DNA of 64,000 nt, taken from the NCBI RefSeq assembly GCF_018350175.1, contig NC_058368.1, forward strand, positions 227,728,001 through 227,792,000, read 5' to 3'. The notes below the pieces were generated by a model that saw nothing but the letters and a program-made list of their open reading frames with translations, did no database searches and was not told the DNA's origin. This document shows positions 22,181 to 36,675 of this stretch, piece after piece (within the stretch, counting starts at the first letter, position 1; each line of letters starts with the position of its first letter). The stretch comes from Felis catus. Its lineage: Eukaryota. A program made the position numbers and the translations under genes.

Positions 22181-25100
22181 CCCTAAAGCAATGCTCTTGA
22201 AATGCTTTTGCTCAAGAATCCTATCGCCAGGGAATTTTACTACGTGCCCTCAATTATAAGTTACAAATGTACTTTATCGTACTAGCATGCTACACACCCA
22301 CAAATAAATGTTTAAAGATAAGCCTTAAATAAGTATCTGTAAAAAGCTTTTGATATTTTCTTCCCACGCTCAGGAGATCCCAGTGCACATCCCCGTTTGG
22401 CAAACACAGAGCCCTTGTGCTCCTTGGAATCAGCATTTCTTGTCTTCAGCAAAGTTCGACTGAATTACCCCTGGATGTGACAGGTTAGCCTACATCAGTG
22501 ACTAAAAACAGTGCTGACATCGAGGGTGTTTCCTTGAGCAAATGAATGACTACTCATTATTTCGGCACCAGGCTCCCCCAGGGAGGGAAAATGGTGGCAG
22601 TGTGCACAGCCAAACCCCAAGTTCGGGAGCCCTGAGGCTGCGGGCCAGTTCTCGCTGGGAGTCTGTCCAGGGCTCAGCTCCCACCCACCCCCTCCCCCCC
22701 ACCCCTGAGAGCATGGCCCAAGCGGGCAAGGCCGCACCCCTGTCCGGGCGGCAGGACCCTCCCCTCTGCTCCCCTGGCAGCGTACTTCCTGCAGGGACCA
22801 CGCCCTCTGGTTTGAGATAAAGCAAAACCCCACATTGGTTCATACAAGGGCAACCTAATCTAAGGGAGCAACATAGATGTACAACCGGCAATTTTAAAGA
22901 AATGTTCAAGGAATGGTTTCATCACGTCTCGGGCTCTCCTGCCATCTTTTCTTCTTTCTCTGGGAGGTGGCCACAGAAACCACAGGGTTCCCGCTTGAAA
23001 GCTGTGCCCTACAACAGGCCCCCTGCGTCAAGAACAGATGGAGTCCCTCAGTGACGCAGGCGAGGCCACCTGAAGTTCAGCCCTTCATTGGATTCCTGAC
23101 ACCCTGGCACCCTTGCAGGCTAATGACGGGACCTCAGCAGGTACGACACAGCAAATACATTTAAGTCAACGAGGACAGGGTGCACGTGGGGCACACAGTC
23201 TAGTGAGGTGGCCAGGCACGGGGTTATGCTGCGGCAGGACAGCGTGTGACAAAGGACTAGATGCAGAACGATCACCAATAGAAAAGGAATTAAATCTGTC
23301 AACAGACACGACAGGAAGGCAACTGAAAAGGTCTCCAAAGAGTCTTGCGTAAAAGATGCTTAATTTTTAATGAGACAAAAATTTTAAACAAGATTAAAAA
23401 ATCACATGATACAGTAACAAAGTGACCTTTTCCTTTTCATAAGCAAATATAACCAAGCCAAACTGATATTTTTATTTCGGCATCTTATTTTACAGGATCT
23501 GGTTAAAGATACCAAAAGCTAGGGAAGGCCATCTTTTAAAGGTCGGCTCTTACGGAATCACTTGCTAAGCTCTACTGTCGTCTCACAGGTTGGCCAAGCA
23601 GGGTCAGCTGCCTGGACCCCCACCCCTAGGACACCTGGGCTGCTGTGCTGTTCTCACCCCCTGGCCTCAAGTACTTGACCTCAGCTCACCCATTCCCCTG
23701 CCATCACCTCTTATTTCACCCAGAAAAGCAAGATTTAAAGATACGAACTCACTTTCCTTCCCTTCAGATTTTTGAGAAAAGATTCAGCTTTTTCACGAAT
23801 CACCTCCCCCAACCCATGGCTTCTGTTGGCACTTGCCTAGTCTATTAATTAGGCCACCCCCACCCCTCCCATCTGCCCCCTGGCAGACAGAGTCAAGGCC
23901 CCAGCCAGTCTGTGCAGGGAGCTGCCACCTCCCGGGTGCTGCAAAGATTCCATGAGGGGACACCTGTGAAGCACAAGGAACAGACCGGGCACCTCTGTTC
24001 ACCACCGCCCAGGCCTAAGCCTGCACCACCCAGAGGAAGAAAGGGAGGCCTTCTCCAACGGCCATTTCAGCCTGAGGTGCAGTAACGCTGCACGGTGGCC
24101 AGAGAGAGGGAGAAAACAAGTGTGCACGGCAGGCGTGAGCACGGGCACAGGCTCCTGTCTGCCTCCCATCCACTCGATCTGCAAATTCTCCAAATAATGA
24201 GGCACTTTCAGAATCTAGGATTAAGGTGCAAGGATTTTAATTATATAGGAGCTGTGCTCTGTCGCCTTATGCGTAAGCCATCAATGCTGATCAAAATTAG
24301 TGCTCACACAGCTTAACAATAAGGTCCCCAAAGTCAAGGAAATTCTGCAATTATCTAAATATTACAGGTACCGCTGCAGTCACATCACCCAGAGAGCCAG
24401 GCCCAAGGGTGCAAAGCTGTCTTGCTGTAATGACCCCTCAGGGGCCAGGGGCTCACGCACCCAGGCGCTCTGAATAACTGGCAAGAGAATCACCAAGGCC
24501 ACCTGAGGAGAAAGAAGGTTCCAAACCTAGTCTTTCATTCAAAGAAAAAAAAAATCACCGGGATTAAATGCCAAGTGCTCCCCTAGCCCATCTCAGTCTG
24601 TGCAGCAAGGCATCCCATAAGCCCCTGCCTGCAGTTTCCTGCTCTGCAGTCCTGGGTTGCAGAAGCTGGTGGCGGAATCTAATGAGCAAATATGCAGGGA
24701 AGCGTTTAACCCAGGGCTGAACAAATAAGGGCACAATCCACAGCAGCAATTACGTAGCTGTAACTGCCCTAAATCAACAGGATGGTGTGATGACCACAGA
24801 GGAAGGACAACCAAAAGGCACAACACATGGTAGGATCCATTCAATTGAAAGGGACGTGCCTCTGCACACATGCAGCAGAACGCCGTAGTCTTCCTGCTCA
24901 CTCCTCTCAAGTGCACAGGCTCAGGTGAGCTGCCGTCAGGACTCACGAGAAAACAGTGGAAGAGAGGGAGAAGCCTGAGCTCTGAGCATTTCACCCCTCT
25001 GATGAAGAGGCAAGTGGTTGCTAATAGCAACAGAGTATCTCTTCCGATTTTACATCTGTGCACACACACATGGCCTCCTCGGCTCTCTACAACATGGTAC

Positions 25101-28100
25101 TCTGGTCATCTTTCTGCAGAAGAGTCCCCCACGTGATCCCAAAGCACAACGGCACGCACACCTACAAGGTGAAGGGCAGCCTCTGCAGGAGGGCAAGGCA
25201 CTGCAAGAGGAACGCAACTGAATTCCAAGTGCACAGTCGTTCTGAGCTGATAAAGCGTTGGCAGCCCAGAGGTAACCGTGTGAAAGCAGTGACGGCATGC
25301 TGGCCACGTGGCCCACACTGAAAACGATTACATCATCCCCTTTGTGCAAAGCTCAACTGCGGGAGAAGCAGCGGCTCGCCAGTTTAAGCAGCACACCGAG
25401 CTACGCTACCGAGGGCGGCAGTTTTGTTAAGGTGAAAATCATCCTATTTCTCTTTTGTGTCAAAAATTAAACATGCCTCCAAAGGCGACAAAATCAAGCA
25501 GCATGGATTCTCTAACAAATTCACATTCATCATTTCCCTGTGCCTTCTCAAGCCTACTGCATATCAGGTTAATTCCTAAAACCTGGGAAAAGGGGGGACA
25601 GGTCTTTTTATGAAGTAGGTTAGAAAATCCCCAGATCATTCATTCTTACTCCAGATCTGCTTCAGCTTTCCATTCCACGCAAGGTGGTGTATGTGCTGAT
25701 TTACACCTGGGGTCCACGTTCTTTTCCACCAGAAGATGGAACTGCTCTGGGAGGGTGGCAGGGAGCCAAGTCCTTAAAGTCCCTACCGGAGCCCTCAGGT
25801 AGGGCTTTCCCTGGGCCCAGATCCCTGCTCCGCTCATTGCAAATGACTCTATCAAACAGGCAAGGCAGGAGTCAGCTCAGAATGACGCCGTTACCAAGAA
25901 TCCTGCTCACAAAACGTGTCCTGCAAACAAACACCCCTGCCCCTCACATGCCCATGAAACCTCACCCTCGGGCCGTGGCAACACAGGAGCTGTGAAGAGG
26001 GTCTGTCCAGCTGCCTGACTGGGACACATGCAAATTAAACTTACACAAAGGAACCAATGAAGCCTGAGCCACATGGACACATTCTCCATCAGCAACTCCT
26101 TCCCCTAAAGCCTGGAAGGTTCAGCTGTTTTTCAAGCCGAAGCAATGATGAGGGTGTCAGCCTCAGCCAGAGTGACAGGTGGCCTAGCCAAGGGCTGACT
26201 GTCTTCAGCTTCATAAGACCAGCATCTCCCACCCCAGTTTCAGGATGGCTCTAGAACCCAGAAACCAACCAAATCAGAAACTGTCAACCTTTCCAAGTCC
26301 ACCGCACCGACAGGACTCCATTAATATTTCTCTTGTACATTTCCCATGCTTCCTTCAACAGAGAAGCCACGTGCCCACCTCTGAGAAATAACGAATCAAG
26401 CCTGTTCTCTGTGGACCTCAAGCTTAGCAGTTCCAGGACTATCTACCTGTCTTTTCCCAATCTGTGAGCACCTCAGACCAGGAACCAGGTCTCACTCACC
26501 CGGGCCCACTGGTGTTGAACCAGAGGTTTGGCATTTTTTGAGGGGGTTCAGAATAGTGGGAAAGATCACCCCCTTTGGGCAGTCAGGCTTCGAATCAAAC
26601 TTCAGAAGTACCATCTCAAGTCAGCCAACTGCTTACAGCATCAGGGCTGTCTATCCAATAGGAGGGAGAATTTATATGCACAGTTGCTCTGAGTGTTAAA
26701 GAAAAAGGCTGCAAGCTTTGAGCACAATGCCCCCCCAATAGTGTCCAAGAAACGTCAGCTCTGATGAGGCTTATTTGTTCCAAAACAGAGCCCGACAGAG
26801 CAGTTCCTGACCACAAAGGGAGATGGATAAGGGGGGTGGCCAGTGGCCCAGGCAACCATTCTGGACAGGGGCACTGCTAACAAGCAGCTCACCCCTCAGG
26901 GTGGTTGACCACAGACAGGGAGCAGCCCTCTTAGTCCAGGCAGGACTTAGGACTCCTCTGTCCTCACCTAAGGTACTGGGTGAGAGGACACTGCCTGGGG
27001 CCCTGGCTCCAACATGTCTGTGCGTATTTAAACTGCACACTTAACATAAAATTACCATTCAAGTAATTAACAGTTCGAATCAATGTATTTTTCTTTTCTA
27101 ATCTACTCAATGTCACTCTAAATTGGCATTGGATGTTAATTACTAAAATGCATTCAACACATTTCAACAGTAACTGTTTTAACAATAGAGTACAACAGAG
27201 GATTTGTTACCTAATACCTAAGGTTTGACGTTCTATTTCTTTCCATTTTTTCTTTATTTTTAGAAAAAGGTGTTTTTCTTTCTTTTGTGTTTGAAAGGCT
27301 GTGACACAAATGCATGATTCCTTCAAAAGCTACTTTGATCATTTTTAACTTGGTATGCCACCAGCTTCCAAGTCCATGATTCCCTGATACACCATGAAGT
27401 ACAAGACCCATTTTCATTTCCCACATTTATAGCTAAAAACAAAAGCAAAAAAGCAGTAGTCTTTTTTATTAATATGTCACAGATTTGAACTTGTGAACTT
27501 CATTGTCAAAATGTGCTCTCTCTGCATGAACTGTGAAGTCTTGAAACAAAATTAAGATGTACTTTAATTTACAAAATGGAAACTCTTATATTACAAATAT
27601 AGACTGAATATATATCTGCACGTGTGTGTACGATAAGAAATCTACTATAAAATTCAGTGAATTTTCTAAAATAAGGTTCAAATGATCAAGATTTTCTTTG
27701 ATATAACTTCAACTTCTGAGTTAATTGATACGTAAGAATAGACTCCTTAAAAGACTTATTTTTTAATCATAAGATATGAAACAAAAACTGTTCATGTATG
27801 CGTGTGTATAGCTACGTTTGAAAATATGCAAGTTGCACATTAAAATTTTTCAAACTTCAGACTGATCTTTGCAGTAATTCTGAGGTTTATATCCATACAT
27901 CAAAACAACAGATTACAGTCGAAAAGTCCAAATCCCCAATCAGGATGGGAACAGTCCCATTCATGGTCTTGAACTTGGCTCAGGCCAAGGGAAGAAGGGG
28001 GAGGCACCCATGCACTCTAAGGACAGACATCAGGCCCATCTTTCCGGGGCTCCCTGGAGACACTGAGCCCAGCAGCACCCTGGTGCCAGCCCCTGGCCCT

Positions 28101-31100
28101 GCAGGCTGAGCTGCGGGGAGGGAGAGGGCAGCAGTGACCGCTCCTTCCGGTTTGGGCGGCTGCATTTGCAGGGAGAGGCTCTGGAGGGCAGCTGTACAAG
28201 GTCACCTGGAGCTTCACCAGTGTCCAAGAGCATTCCAAGAAAGAATGTCCCTGACGAACTTGAGAGACAGACAGATGCAGAGACAGGGAGACAAAGCACA
28301 AGAGAACAGCGGACAACAGAGGTGCCGCCCTTGTCCTTTCCCCGGTCCCCTCCCCCCACCTGGAAGGGCCAAAAGGAAGCAGGCAGGGGGATGGTGTTTG
28401 GTGACGAGTGGAGGTGCAAGTGGCGAGGAGGGGGCTGAAGAATAAACAGACACTGCCCCTTCCCTGGGGCAGACCCACAGCGGGGCGGGGCACAGACCTG
28501 AACTAGGGAAGAAAGGGCTCTGTGTTGGATAAGAGAGTAATGTTTGGGTTTAGGCTGGTCTGGTCCCTTAAGACCTAGAGCAAGACCATTCTAATACCCA
28601 GAAGAGAACTGACAGCTAAGGGGCCTGTGTGACAAGTTACCAAGAGCTGGAGACAGGTGGGACAAAGCCAAGCCCATTCCCGGTCGTGACTTTCCACAGT
28701 CGGGCAGTTCAGTCAAGTAGTGATGTGACGTTACAGACAGACTTGCTATTTTAAAGTACTGGCAAAAATATTAATTCCAGGAGCACATGAACCTCCCAGC
28801 CCTGAATGAAACTGCACCAGAGAATTCCCACCTCGTTTATCCCGCAGCAAATCGAGTTTTAAATTTAAGAGAAATGAGGAGTTGAAAAACTTTAATGTCA
28901 CTGATCCTATAATTAAGTTATATTTTATTTTTCTATTTTTAAAAAGGCACTCAGTTCATTTTGGACTTTCACCTTCTGATTTAAATGGTTTCAAAGGGTA
29001 CAGTGAAACAGTGTTTGTAACCTCTTATCAGATGAAAGAAACGTTTGAGAGGGGAAGTAAAATTTACAAGGGATTTAAGTAAATTAAAGGGCTGGAGAAG
29101 GAATGTTTTCTTGTTCTAGCATTAAGAGTTACTCTGCAGAACCATCAAGCAGTATTTAATACACACTCTATCCCCTAAGTACCTACAATCTTTTCCTGCT
29201 TCAAACAGATACCAAATATTTTTAATACTCAAAATAAACAGCTAATTCCACAGCATGCATCATTTAACAGGAATGGGAATCATTTGGCGAATGGGGCTTG
29301 AGGAAGGTCAACCCTGACCTGGCCGTGCTGACAACAAAACCACAGGCCACCAGTCATCCTGGCTTCTGAAGCACTGGGCCACCCTTCACCCTCTCGTTCT
29401 TCCCTGTGACTTCTGTGTGCACGAGCAGACACAGCCTCACCACCAGTTGCCGGTGCAGAAAAGGGTCTGTTGCAAAGGCCATTGATCTGCACAGAGAAGC
29501 GCTTCCATGCCGAGGCATCGCCCATTCAAGGCAGTACAATTGTCACCAGCCTGGTCGGACATATACTACCATTAAGCAATGACAAGCACTGCTCTTAAGC
29601 AAACAAGATTTTTGTTAGCAGCTGCCTCCAAAATAATCCAAGCCTCTCTGTTCTTAATGCCGCTAGTGGGGAGGGGAGTGCAAGCACCGAAGCACGCCCT
29701 GAATGAGAAACTTTGTTGTCGTGGAGAAAGACTGAACCATCTGAAAGCTGCACACTGATCCTATCACACGCATTCGACAAGAATGTTCTAGTTGAAATAA
29801 GAAACTTCAGTGAAAGAAGGGCTCAGATTTCTGGGGTTGACTAATGTAGAAATCATGCCAGCATTTTCAACAGGTGCAAATGAGCTCTCCGAAAAACCTA
29901 ACTTAAATACCACGGACAAATGGATACACCGCACAAGGGCGAGTGGGTGTGAAAAGCTGACAATGGTAAAACACAGGGCACAGGGTTCCAGATGCTTTAT
30001 CACAACAAATGCTATCTTTGCAATGACCTGAAAGGTTCACCAGCTTTCTCATCAGTCACATCTGAGTGTTTGCCGGAGAGAATCTTGTACATGTGGTCCT
30101 CAACGTGCACACCGAAACCCCAAACCTCATTCTCCCCGTGAGAGCCAGACCCACGTCTGGTGCACTGCACCAGGCTCCACCAGGAACCCATCGCTCCCTA
30201 ACTTGATGGCAGGGAGCAGAGTGCTCAGTTCCCCAGGCCACTGCCAAGGGTGCTGCTTCTTGCTTACACGGGCTTCAGTTGGAGACCAATGCGATCCCAC
30301 TGGCCCATCAGAACTTCAAATCTATTTCAATGATTACTGCTTATTTTCTCTAATATTCTTAATACTACGGTTCAGCAATATCATAGAGTAGGTCGACTTC
30401 TAGGGCCCAGCCTGGGAGCCTAGCCACGAGTAACGATTCTACAGGAAAACACACTCAAGAATGTAAATAACTAAGAAAAGTTGGAAAGTTGGCCGTAAGT
30501 TACTTGTAAGTATCCTACACACTACGGCGAAAACCCAACATCGTTGCTGCCTTGGGAGAAGTTTCAAGGAGGTAGTCCAGCCTTTTCTATGACTGTTCGC
30601 CCCATTTACACAGACACAGGCGAGCCATCAATCAGAAAGCCTGCATTTCTACCTTGAATGCTGTAAACTAAAAAAGGAAATAACAATTTCAAAGTACCTT
30701 TCTGAAAATGGCAATTTCAAATGAAAAGTAGGCTATATTTAAGGTACGATGATCTCTCACTGAAAGGACAATGAACCCCTATGTTCTATCCAAAGACCTT
30801 AAAATTCTCCCACGTTTTGTTTTCCCACCTTTATCTAACGGAACAAAAGTACAGAATGCGAAATCGACCTCCCTCTGGTAGGCAGTGCCTGAGGCAGAGC
30901 CAGCCAGGCGGGTGGGCAGGACGAGTCACCCCTCCCTGAGAGGACCCGTCCCCCCAAGAGCCCCTGGAACCCACGGCAGTGTGCAGTGTTCGCGGTGTTC
31001 GTGTACCGCCAACCGCCACTTTGCTGGCTAGCATGTGGAAAGCTCAGACCAGGCCTTTGCTATTTGTCTAGAAAATATTCTCTATTTGATAAAGTAAGAA

Positions 31101-32446
31101 GCTCTAGGATACTGGCATGCCTATACTGAAAACTGATCGTACAAGACAAAAACTAATGAAAAATGCACACAATTAAGGGGGAAAAACTGCCAGCAAACCA
31201 GTCAATAGGGTCTTTTAACGTACCTAATTATCGTCATGACAGGTTTTCTTATAAGTGTACGAGAAGAAAAGCAAATGCTAGGGAAAGCACTAGTTTGGAC
31301 TTCTATCCTCTTGCTAAAAACAATTTTTTTAAACCCAGAACACTACATCCATTAGAAGACATAATGTTTTGTCATTATCATCTCTATTTGAAGTGTATCT
31401 TTCCAAAAATTACTTTCTAATTCAAGGCACTCATAATAAAAGTGGTCATTATAGCAGGTACATGGCAAATTTAATCCAGTATCCCAGGCATAAAGAAAAA
31501 TCAACCAAGGGCTCTGTAAGCTAAAAACAAAAGCAGTGGAGAGAAAGTTTGCTAGCGTTATGGAATATAACCTCGAATCAAACTAAAATTTAACTTTTTA
31601 AAAAGCACCTCATTTCTAAGGTATGGGATGAACACTAAGGGAAGAGGGGTAAATAAATGAAAAGGGACAGCGAACAAATACACAAACACAAACGCTACAG
31701 GAGACAGAAAAGGAAAGGGAAGCCTGAGGGAAAGAGCCGTGGTGTAGGGGAGGCTGGGCACACCTGCCAGGCTCCCCCTGGGCCCCTCGCCTGCGCAGAA
31801 CAAGGCCCTCTCTGCCCCACACCGGCCCACTTGCTGGCTGAGGGGTTGGAGGGACTCCCCGGGCTCGCTCACCACTGCACGGGTCTGTTCTGGAAGTCCC
31901 CTCTGCTGGAACTCACCGGCGAGGTGTTTCCAGGTTCACCTATCACTTACCTTCCCAGGACAGATAGAGTTTATACAGGGTGGGCATTGTGTTTCCTGTT
32001 TCTGGTTTATTCTCCAACAATGCAGAGTATGGTGGGAATTTAAGGACTGGTTGACTTGGAGCAATCATAGGATTAAAAAGGCCCACGTTATCATCTCTTC
32101 CTTATAATATTCACTTGTGAAAGAGTGCGAAGCAGAAACTTCTCTGTGCCCGACAGACAACACTTTATTTTCTTCTCGTGAGAATTCCTCAAGGGAAAAA
32201 CTGCATCAACTTCAATGATATTTTTAATCACAAAAATTGAGCACACTTAAGACTTGCATCGGTTTGGTCTCTTTTGTGCTCCATGTTAACCTTTACTCTA
32301 TGTACAGGTGAGCAGGTTGAGAAAAGATAAAGATTAGCGTATCTCGATGATAGACGCAGATACACGTACTCAGATTCGAAGGCCATGTTAACGTAATAGA
32401 GACAAGAGCTTTCTCCCAGTCGGCTGAAAGCACCGAGCAAACCACG

Positions 32447-32670
32447 GAGCATGTGGTTAAGAGCACAGGACTAGGATCACACTGCTTGGATTCCAAGTGT
32501 GGCTTTGCCACTGAGGAGCTGTGTGGCCTTGTTAAGTCACTTAACTTCTCTGTTTCTTAACTTCCACGTCTGTAAAACAGACAAGGTGGATGTCCACCTT
32601 GTCGTGCTGCAGTGAAGACAGAGTTAAGTCAAGAGTTTACATCAATGCCTGGCGCAGGGCAAGTACCCTG
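32447..32670 (+). mobile_element. MIR
   Basis: 'gtggttaagagcacagg…gccact…gctgtgtggccttg…aagtcacttaacttctctgt…tctgtaaaa'. Confidence 0.8.
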
Positions 32671-33092
32671 GTTACCCACCTCGTCATTTTTAAGGTGCTG
32701 TTGAATAAAACTTGGTGTAATTTTAGTAAAAATTATAGCACTCGAATGCATTGAACTGCTACAAAAAGCGTTCCAAGTCCCACGTTTGGCATGGAGAGGC
32801 TCTGCTACTAACATAAATGGCATATCCTAACAAGTAAAACTAGAAGCAAATACAATCACTCAAAGTGTCTGGGGCAAGAGAGAGGAAACAAGAACGTAAA
32901 ATAAGCAAATACATGTTTTAGTTATAACCGCCTTGCCTTCTCCGAATGATGCTATTTAAAATGATGAAATAAAGTGTGAAGAATGCTAAAATCAGAGTTT
33001 TAAGAGCTGAAAAATTCTCTGGATCCACAATATAAAATTCAGCCTGTAATAGGAATAAAGTTTCAATGAAAGAAACCTTTAATTAAAAAAAA

Positions 33093-33185
33093 TTTTTTTT
33101 ACTCTCTACACCCAACATGGGGCTTGAACCCACAACCCTGAGATTAAGAGTCGCAGGCTCCATGGACTGAGCCAGTCAGGCATCC
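33093..33185 (-). mobile_element. Short tRNA-Lys-derived CanSINE (SINEC_old-type)
   Basis: ctctacacccaacatggggcttgaacccacaaccctgagattaagagtcgc…actgagccagtcaggcatcc. Confidence 0.85.
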
Positions 33186-35328
33186 TGACTTAAAACCTTT
33201 TTAAAAGTACATAGTCTTAAAGTGGGGACCAAAAGCTGGTTCTGTCTGCTTCCTCTCAGCCTTGCTCCCAAGGCATCAGAGACAGGCCCAAAACTAGGCC
33301 AAAGTGAATATGAAAGAAAGCTACTTAAAAACTATTCTTTGAATAAACCTTCAAACTGTTTTGGCAACCTTCACCAAAAACAACCTGGGGGGAGGGGGCG
33401 GGGTCTCCATTCTCTTTCTAACACTGATAACAAAAAAAAAAAAGAGAATCCAGAGGCATTTTTGTTTCTTTCAACCTACTGAAATGCATTGCTGGTTTCC
33501 TAAAAATGCTATCACCATGACTTTAATCAGACACTCTAGGGATCCAAGAAACTACTCTTAAAAACTTGTTTCACACTTCATGAGAAAATAATGTAAATCT
33601 CAAACGTTTATCATATTCCAAAATGGGTTTTGCCAATAGCTTTAACGGAGAAACCCCATCTTGATGGTGGAAAGAAAAAAGTAGGGAGAAAAATTCAAAT
33701 TTAGTATCCTTTCAAATCCAAACACATCAGTAGATTTGCAGAATCTTATCAGATACTGATAACTGGGGTTCTGTTTGCTAAACTTCAGTGAAAAGTTACT
33801 ATTCTCTCTTGTCTGAAAGTCGACAAAGGAGGGGACATCCGACACGCGCACCCCCAGACCGCGAGCAGGCCGCCTCCCGCTGGCCACAAGCACTCGGCAC
33901 GTGGAGCCCCTGTTCGCAGCTGAAAGGGTTTTGGAAAATGTCTGGCTGCTTAACAGATGCTTGGCTTGGATTTCCTCCCAAATATGTTTTTAATGCTGAT
34001 AATGCTTGAATGCAACTGTTCAGAGGGAGGGAAAGAGTGGCGAGAGCGAAAATCTGCTGTCACGTAAAAAGGGGAGCAGGAGATAGCCTCACACTGACAT
34101 GGCAGCTCAGCTAAGGTTTACAGTGACTTTCTCATGAACACATCGGTCTTTCCCAATCTTCTTGCCAAAAAAGAACCCCTTCTTCTTCATTTTCCCCCAC
34201 TGCAAAGCTCATGATTACAAAGTCTCCCAACTGAACTGCATTTAGTAGGTAATAACTGATCCCGTTTTTAGAAATCATGTATGTGTTAGGATAAACCATG
34301 TAACCACACTGCATTCCTAAGGCAAATAAACTTCAAACTTCACTTGGTTTCTAAAGCCTTATTCCAGAAATCTGTATGATTCCTATTAACTGTTTTCATT
34401 GTTTTAAAACTTAATAGTCACAGACCAAACACAAAATCCTGAAAAACAGTAGAAATTTGGTTGCCAAAAAAGACAACAAGTTTAGGAAGGGATGGTGAAA
34501 GAGAGGAAAACCTTGGAATAATGGGCTACTCTTGGACAATTTACAATTAGGTGTGAATTACTTCAAAATTGAGAAAATATTCCTTCTGCTCCTATCACTC
34601 TCCCCTCTCCCCAAAAGCATCCTTCGTTTAAGGCAGGTCTCAAACTTCATGAAGCCTTTCCTAATGATCAGGAGGGAAAATGCTTTCCTTGCAAACCCTG
34701 TGCAGTTCCCTACTCAATCTTCGGTCTTTGTTGAGCTGAATTTTGCACTCCCATTATGAATTTCTCAGTCATGTACTCCCATTAATAAATTTTGTACTCC
34801 CATTATGAATTTCACAGTTCCTGTATTATCCGCTCCACAAAACAGGAAGGCAGACAATGTTGGAAAGAATGTGGGGGGTTTTAGTTTGCTCAACCTGATC
34901 AGAATTCAGTTCTGCAGCTGGGTGGCCTTGGGCCTCAGATCGCCTCCTGTGGACCGGGGTGGGGCATCTGATGAGGTCAGTGAGGATTCAATGGGGAAGT
35001 CAATTCTCAATCCAGCACCCAGTGAACACAAGTCATTTACATGCTCATTCACTCCAGGAAGGACATCTCCACATCTCCAGGGATTTGAGGGATCGGGATG
35101 GGAAAGAACACTGTAGCTTCCGTGTTGCTGTACTTGCACAGATCTTTTCAGGAAAGAGACCAACAACCCCAAATTTTGGATGCAGAAAAGCTGTCACTGC
35201 AGACTGAATCACCGCATATAATTCTTATTCTGTACATTCCAACTAAGTACAGGAGGAAGAATAACCAGTTGCATATTGAAGGACACTCACAATCACCAGA
35301 AAGGCTGGGGGATGCGGGGACAGGCGGC

Positions 35329-35348
35329 GGGGGGGGGGGGGGGGGGGG
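35329..35348. repeat. G20 homopolymer
   Basis: Read directly. Preceded by G5 and G4 runs. Confidence 0.9.
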
Positions 35349-35464
35349 TACGGAGCTGGGAAGAGATCAGATCATTAACCAGAATACTACATTACAAAAA
35401 TAACTGCTCGACTTTGAATCAAAAACAAACATATAAACATAATATGTCAGAATGCCATTTGTAA

Positions 35465-35790
35465 CAAGTGACCCTTGAACAACACAGAGGTTGGGGCACT
35501 GACTCCTACACAGTCGAAAATTCACATACAACTTTTCACTCCCCCAAAACTTAACTACTGATAGCCTACTGTTGACTGGAAACTGAAAACACAAACAGGT
35601 GATTAACACATAGTTTGTATATGTATCGTATACTGTATTCTTACAATAAAGTAAGCTAGGAAAAAGGGTTATTAAGAAAATCATAAGGAACACAGAGTAC
35701 ATTTGCAGTACCGAAATGTATTTGTTAGAAAAAAATCTGCGTTTAAGTGAACCCGCACAGTTCAAACCCAGGTTGCTCAAAAGTTAACTG
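35465..35790 (-). mobile_element. Tigger2a-like (TcMar-Tigger) MITE
   Basis: Degenerate TIRs caagtgacccttgaacaac / gttgctcaaaagttaactg followed by TA. Internal 'aaaacttaactact…agcctactgttgac' and 'tactgtattcttacaataaagtaagctag'. Confidence 0.85.
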
Positions 35791-36208
35791 TATACTGGAA
35801 CTATTCCTGGCAGTGTAACGTTCGAATTTTCCATATTTTTTTTTTACTCTACTGACCACACAAAATATCCGGGGCATCGCGCTCTCTGTCTCACCCAGGG
35901 CCAACATGTTCAGATGATGTATGACCTAGCACCATCCTATGTGAAAATACGGCCAACGACAGAGCGCTGTTATATCAGCATCACCATTTGGAGTTGATAC
36001 CACGAGCTGGCATCTTTACTAGTCCTAGTGAGTGCCTGATTTCATACCTACCTTCCACGAGGAGATGGAGGTTTTCAGGGCTAATTCACTTGCACAGGTG
36101 CCCATGCAAATCAGGGACTTGTCAACTCTACACAACACCACTGGAGACCAAGCAGAAAACACTCCTGTTGCATTCATTCCCAGGTACTTTTAAAACTACA
36201 CTGCAAGT

Positions 36209-36434
36209 GGGGCGCCTGGGTGGCTCAGCCGGTTAAGCGGCCGACTTCGGCTCAGGTCACGATCTCGAGGTCCGTGAGTTCGAGCCCCGCGTCGGGCTCT
36301 GTGCTGACAGCTCAGAGCCTAGAGCCTGTTTCAGATTCTGTGTCTCCCTCTCTCTCTGCCCCTCCCCCGTTCATGCTCTCTCTCTGTCTCAAAAATAAAT
36401 AAACGTTTTAAAAAAAATTTTTTTTAATTAAAAA
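36209..36434 (+). mobile_element. CanSINE (SINEC_Fc), young
   Basis: CpG-rich, consensus-like body. 16-bp TSD aaaactacactgcaag at 36192-36207 and 36435-36450. Confidence 0.95.
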
Positions 36435-36455
36435 AAAACTACACTGCAAGATTTT

Positions 36456-36675
36456 TTTTTAATTAAAAAGTTTTGAGTTTATTTATTTTGAGAGAGACAG
36501 AGAGAATGAGTGGGGGAGGGGCAGAGAGACGGGGAGAGAGAGAATCCCAAGCAGGCTCCGTGCTGCCAGTGCAGTGTCCAACTCTTTCGGAGCTCAAACT
36601 CACAAACGGTGAGATCATGACCTGAGCGGAAACCAAGAGTCGGACATTTAACTGACTGAGCCACCCAGGTGCCCC
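36456..36675 (-). mobile_element. CanSINE, older copy
   Basis: Antisense SINEC. TSD taca(c/t)tgcaagatttt at 36440-36455 and 36676-36691. Confidence 0.93.

Noticed and set aside
31951..31987. ATG…G|GTAAGT in frame with exon 2 (MPTLYKLYLSWE|G)
   Set aside because: Lies in what looks like an antisense L2 3' remnant with no promoter context. In-frame ATG plus donor combinations recur by chance in this intron (similar cases near 46160).
34741..34825. Repeat-spacer-like pattern
   Set aside because: Only three short imperfect copies with irregular 11-18 nt spacing. This is slippage duplication, not a CRISPR array.
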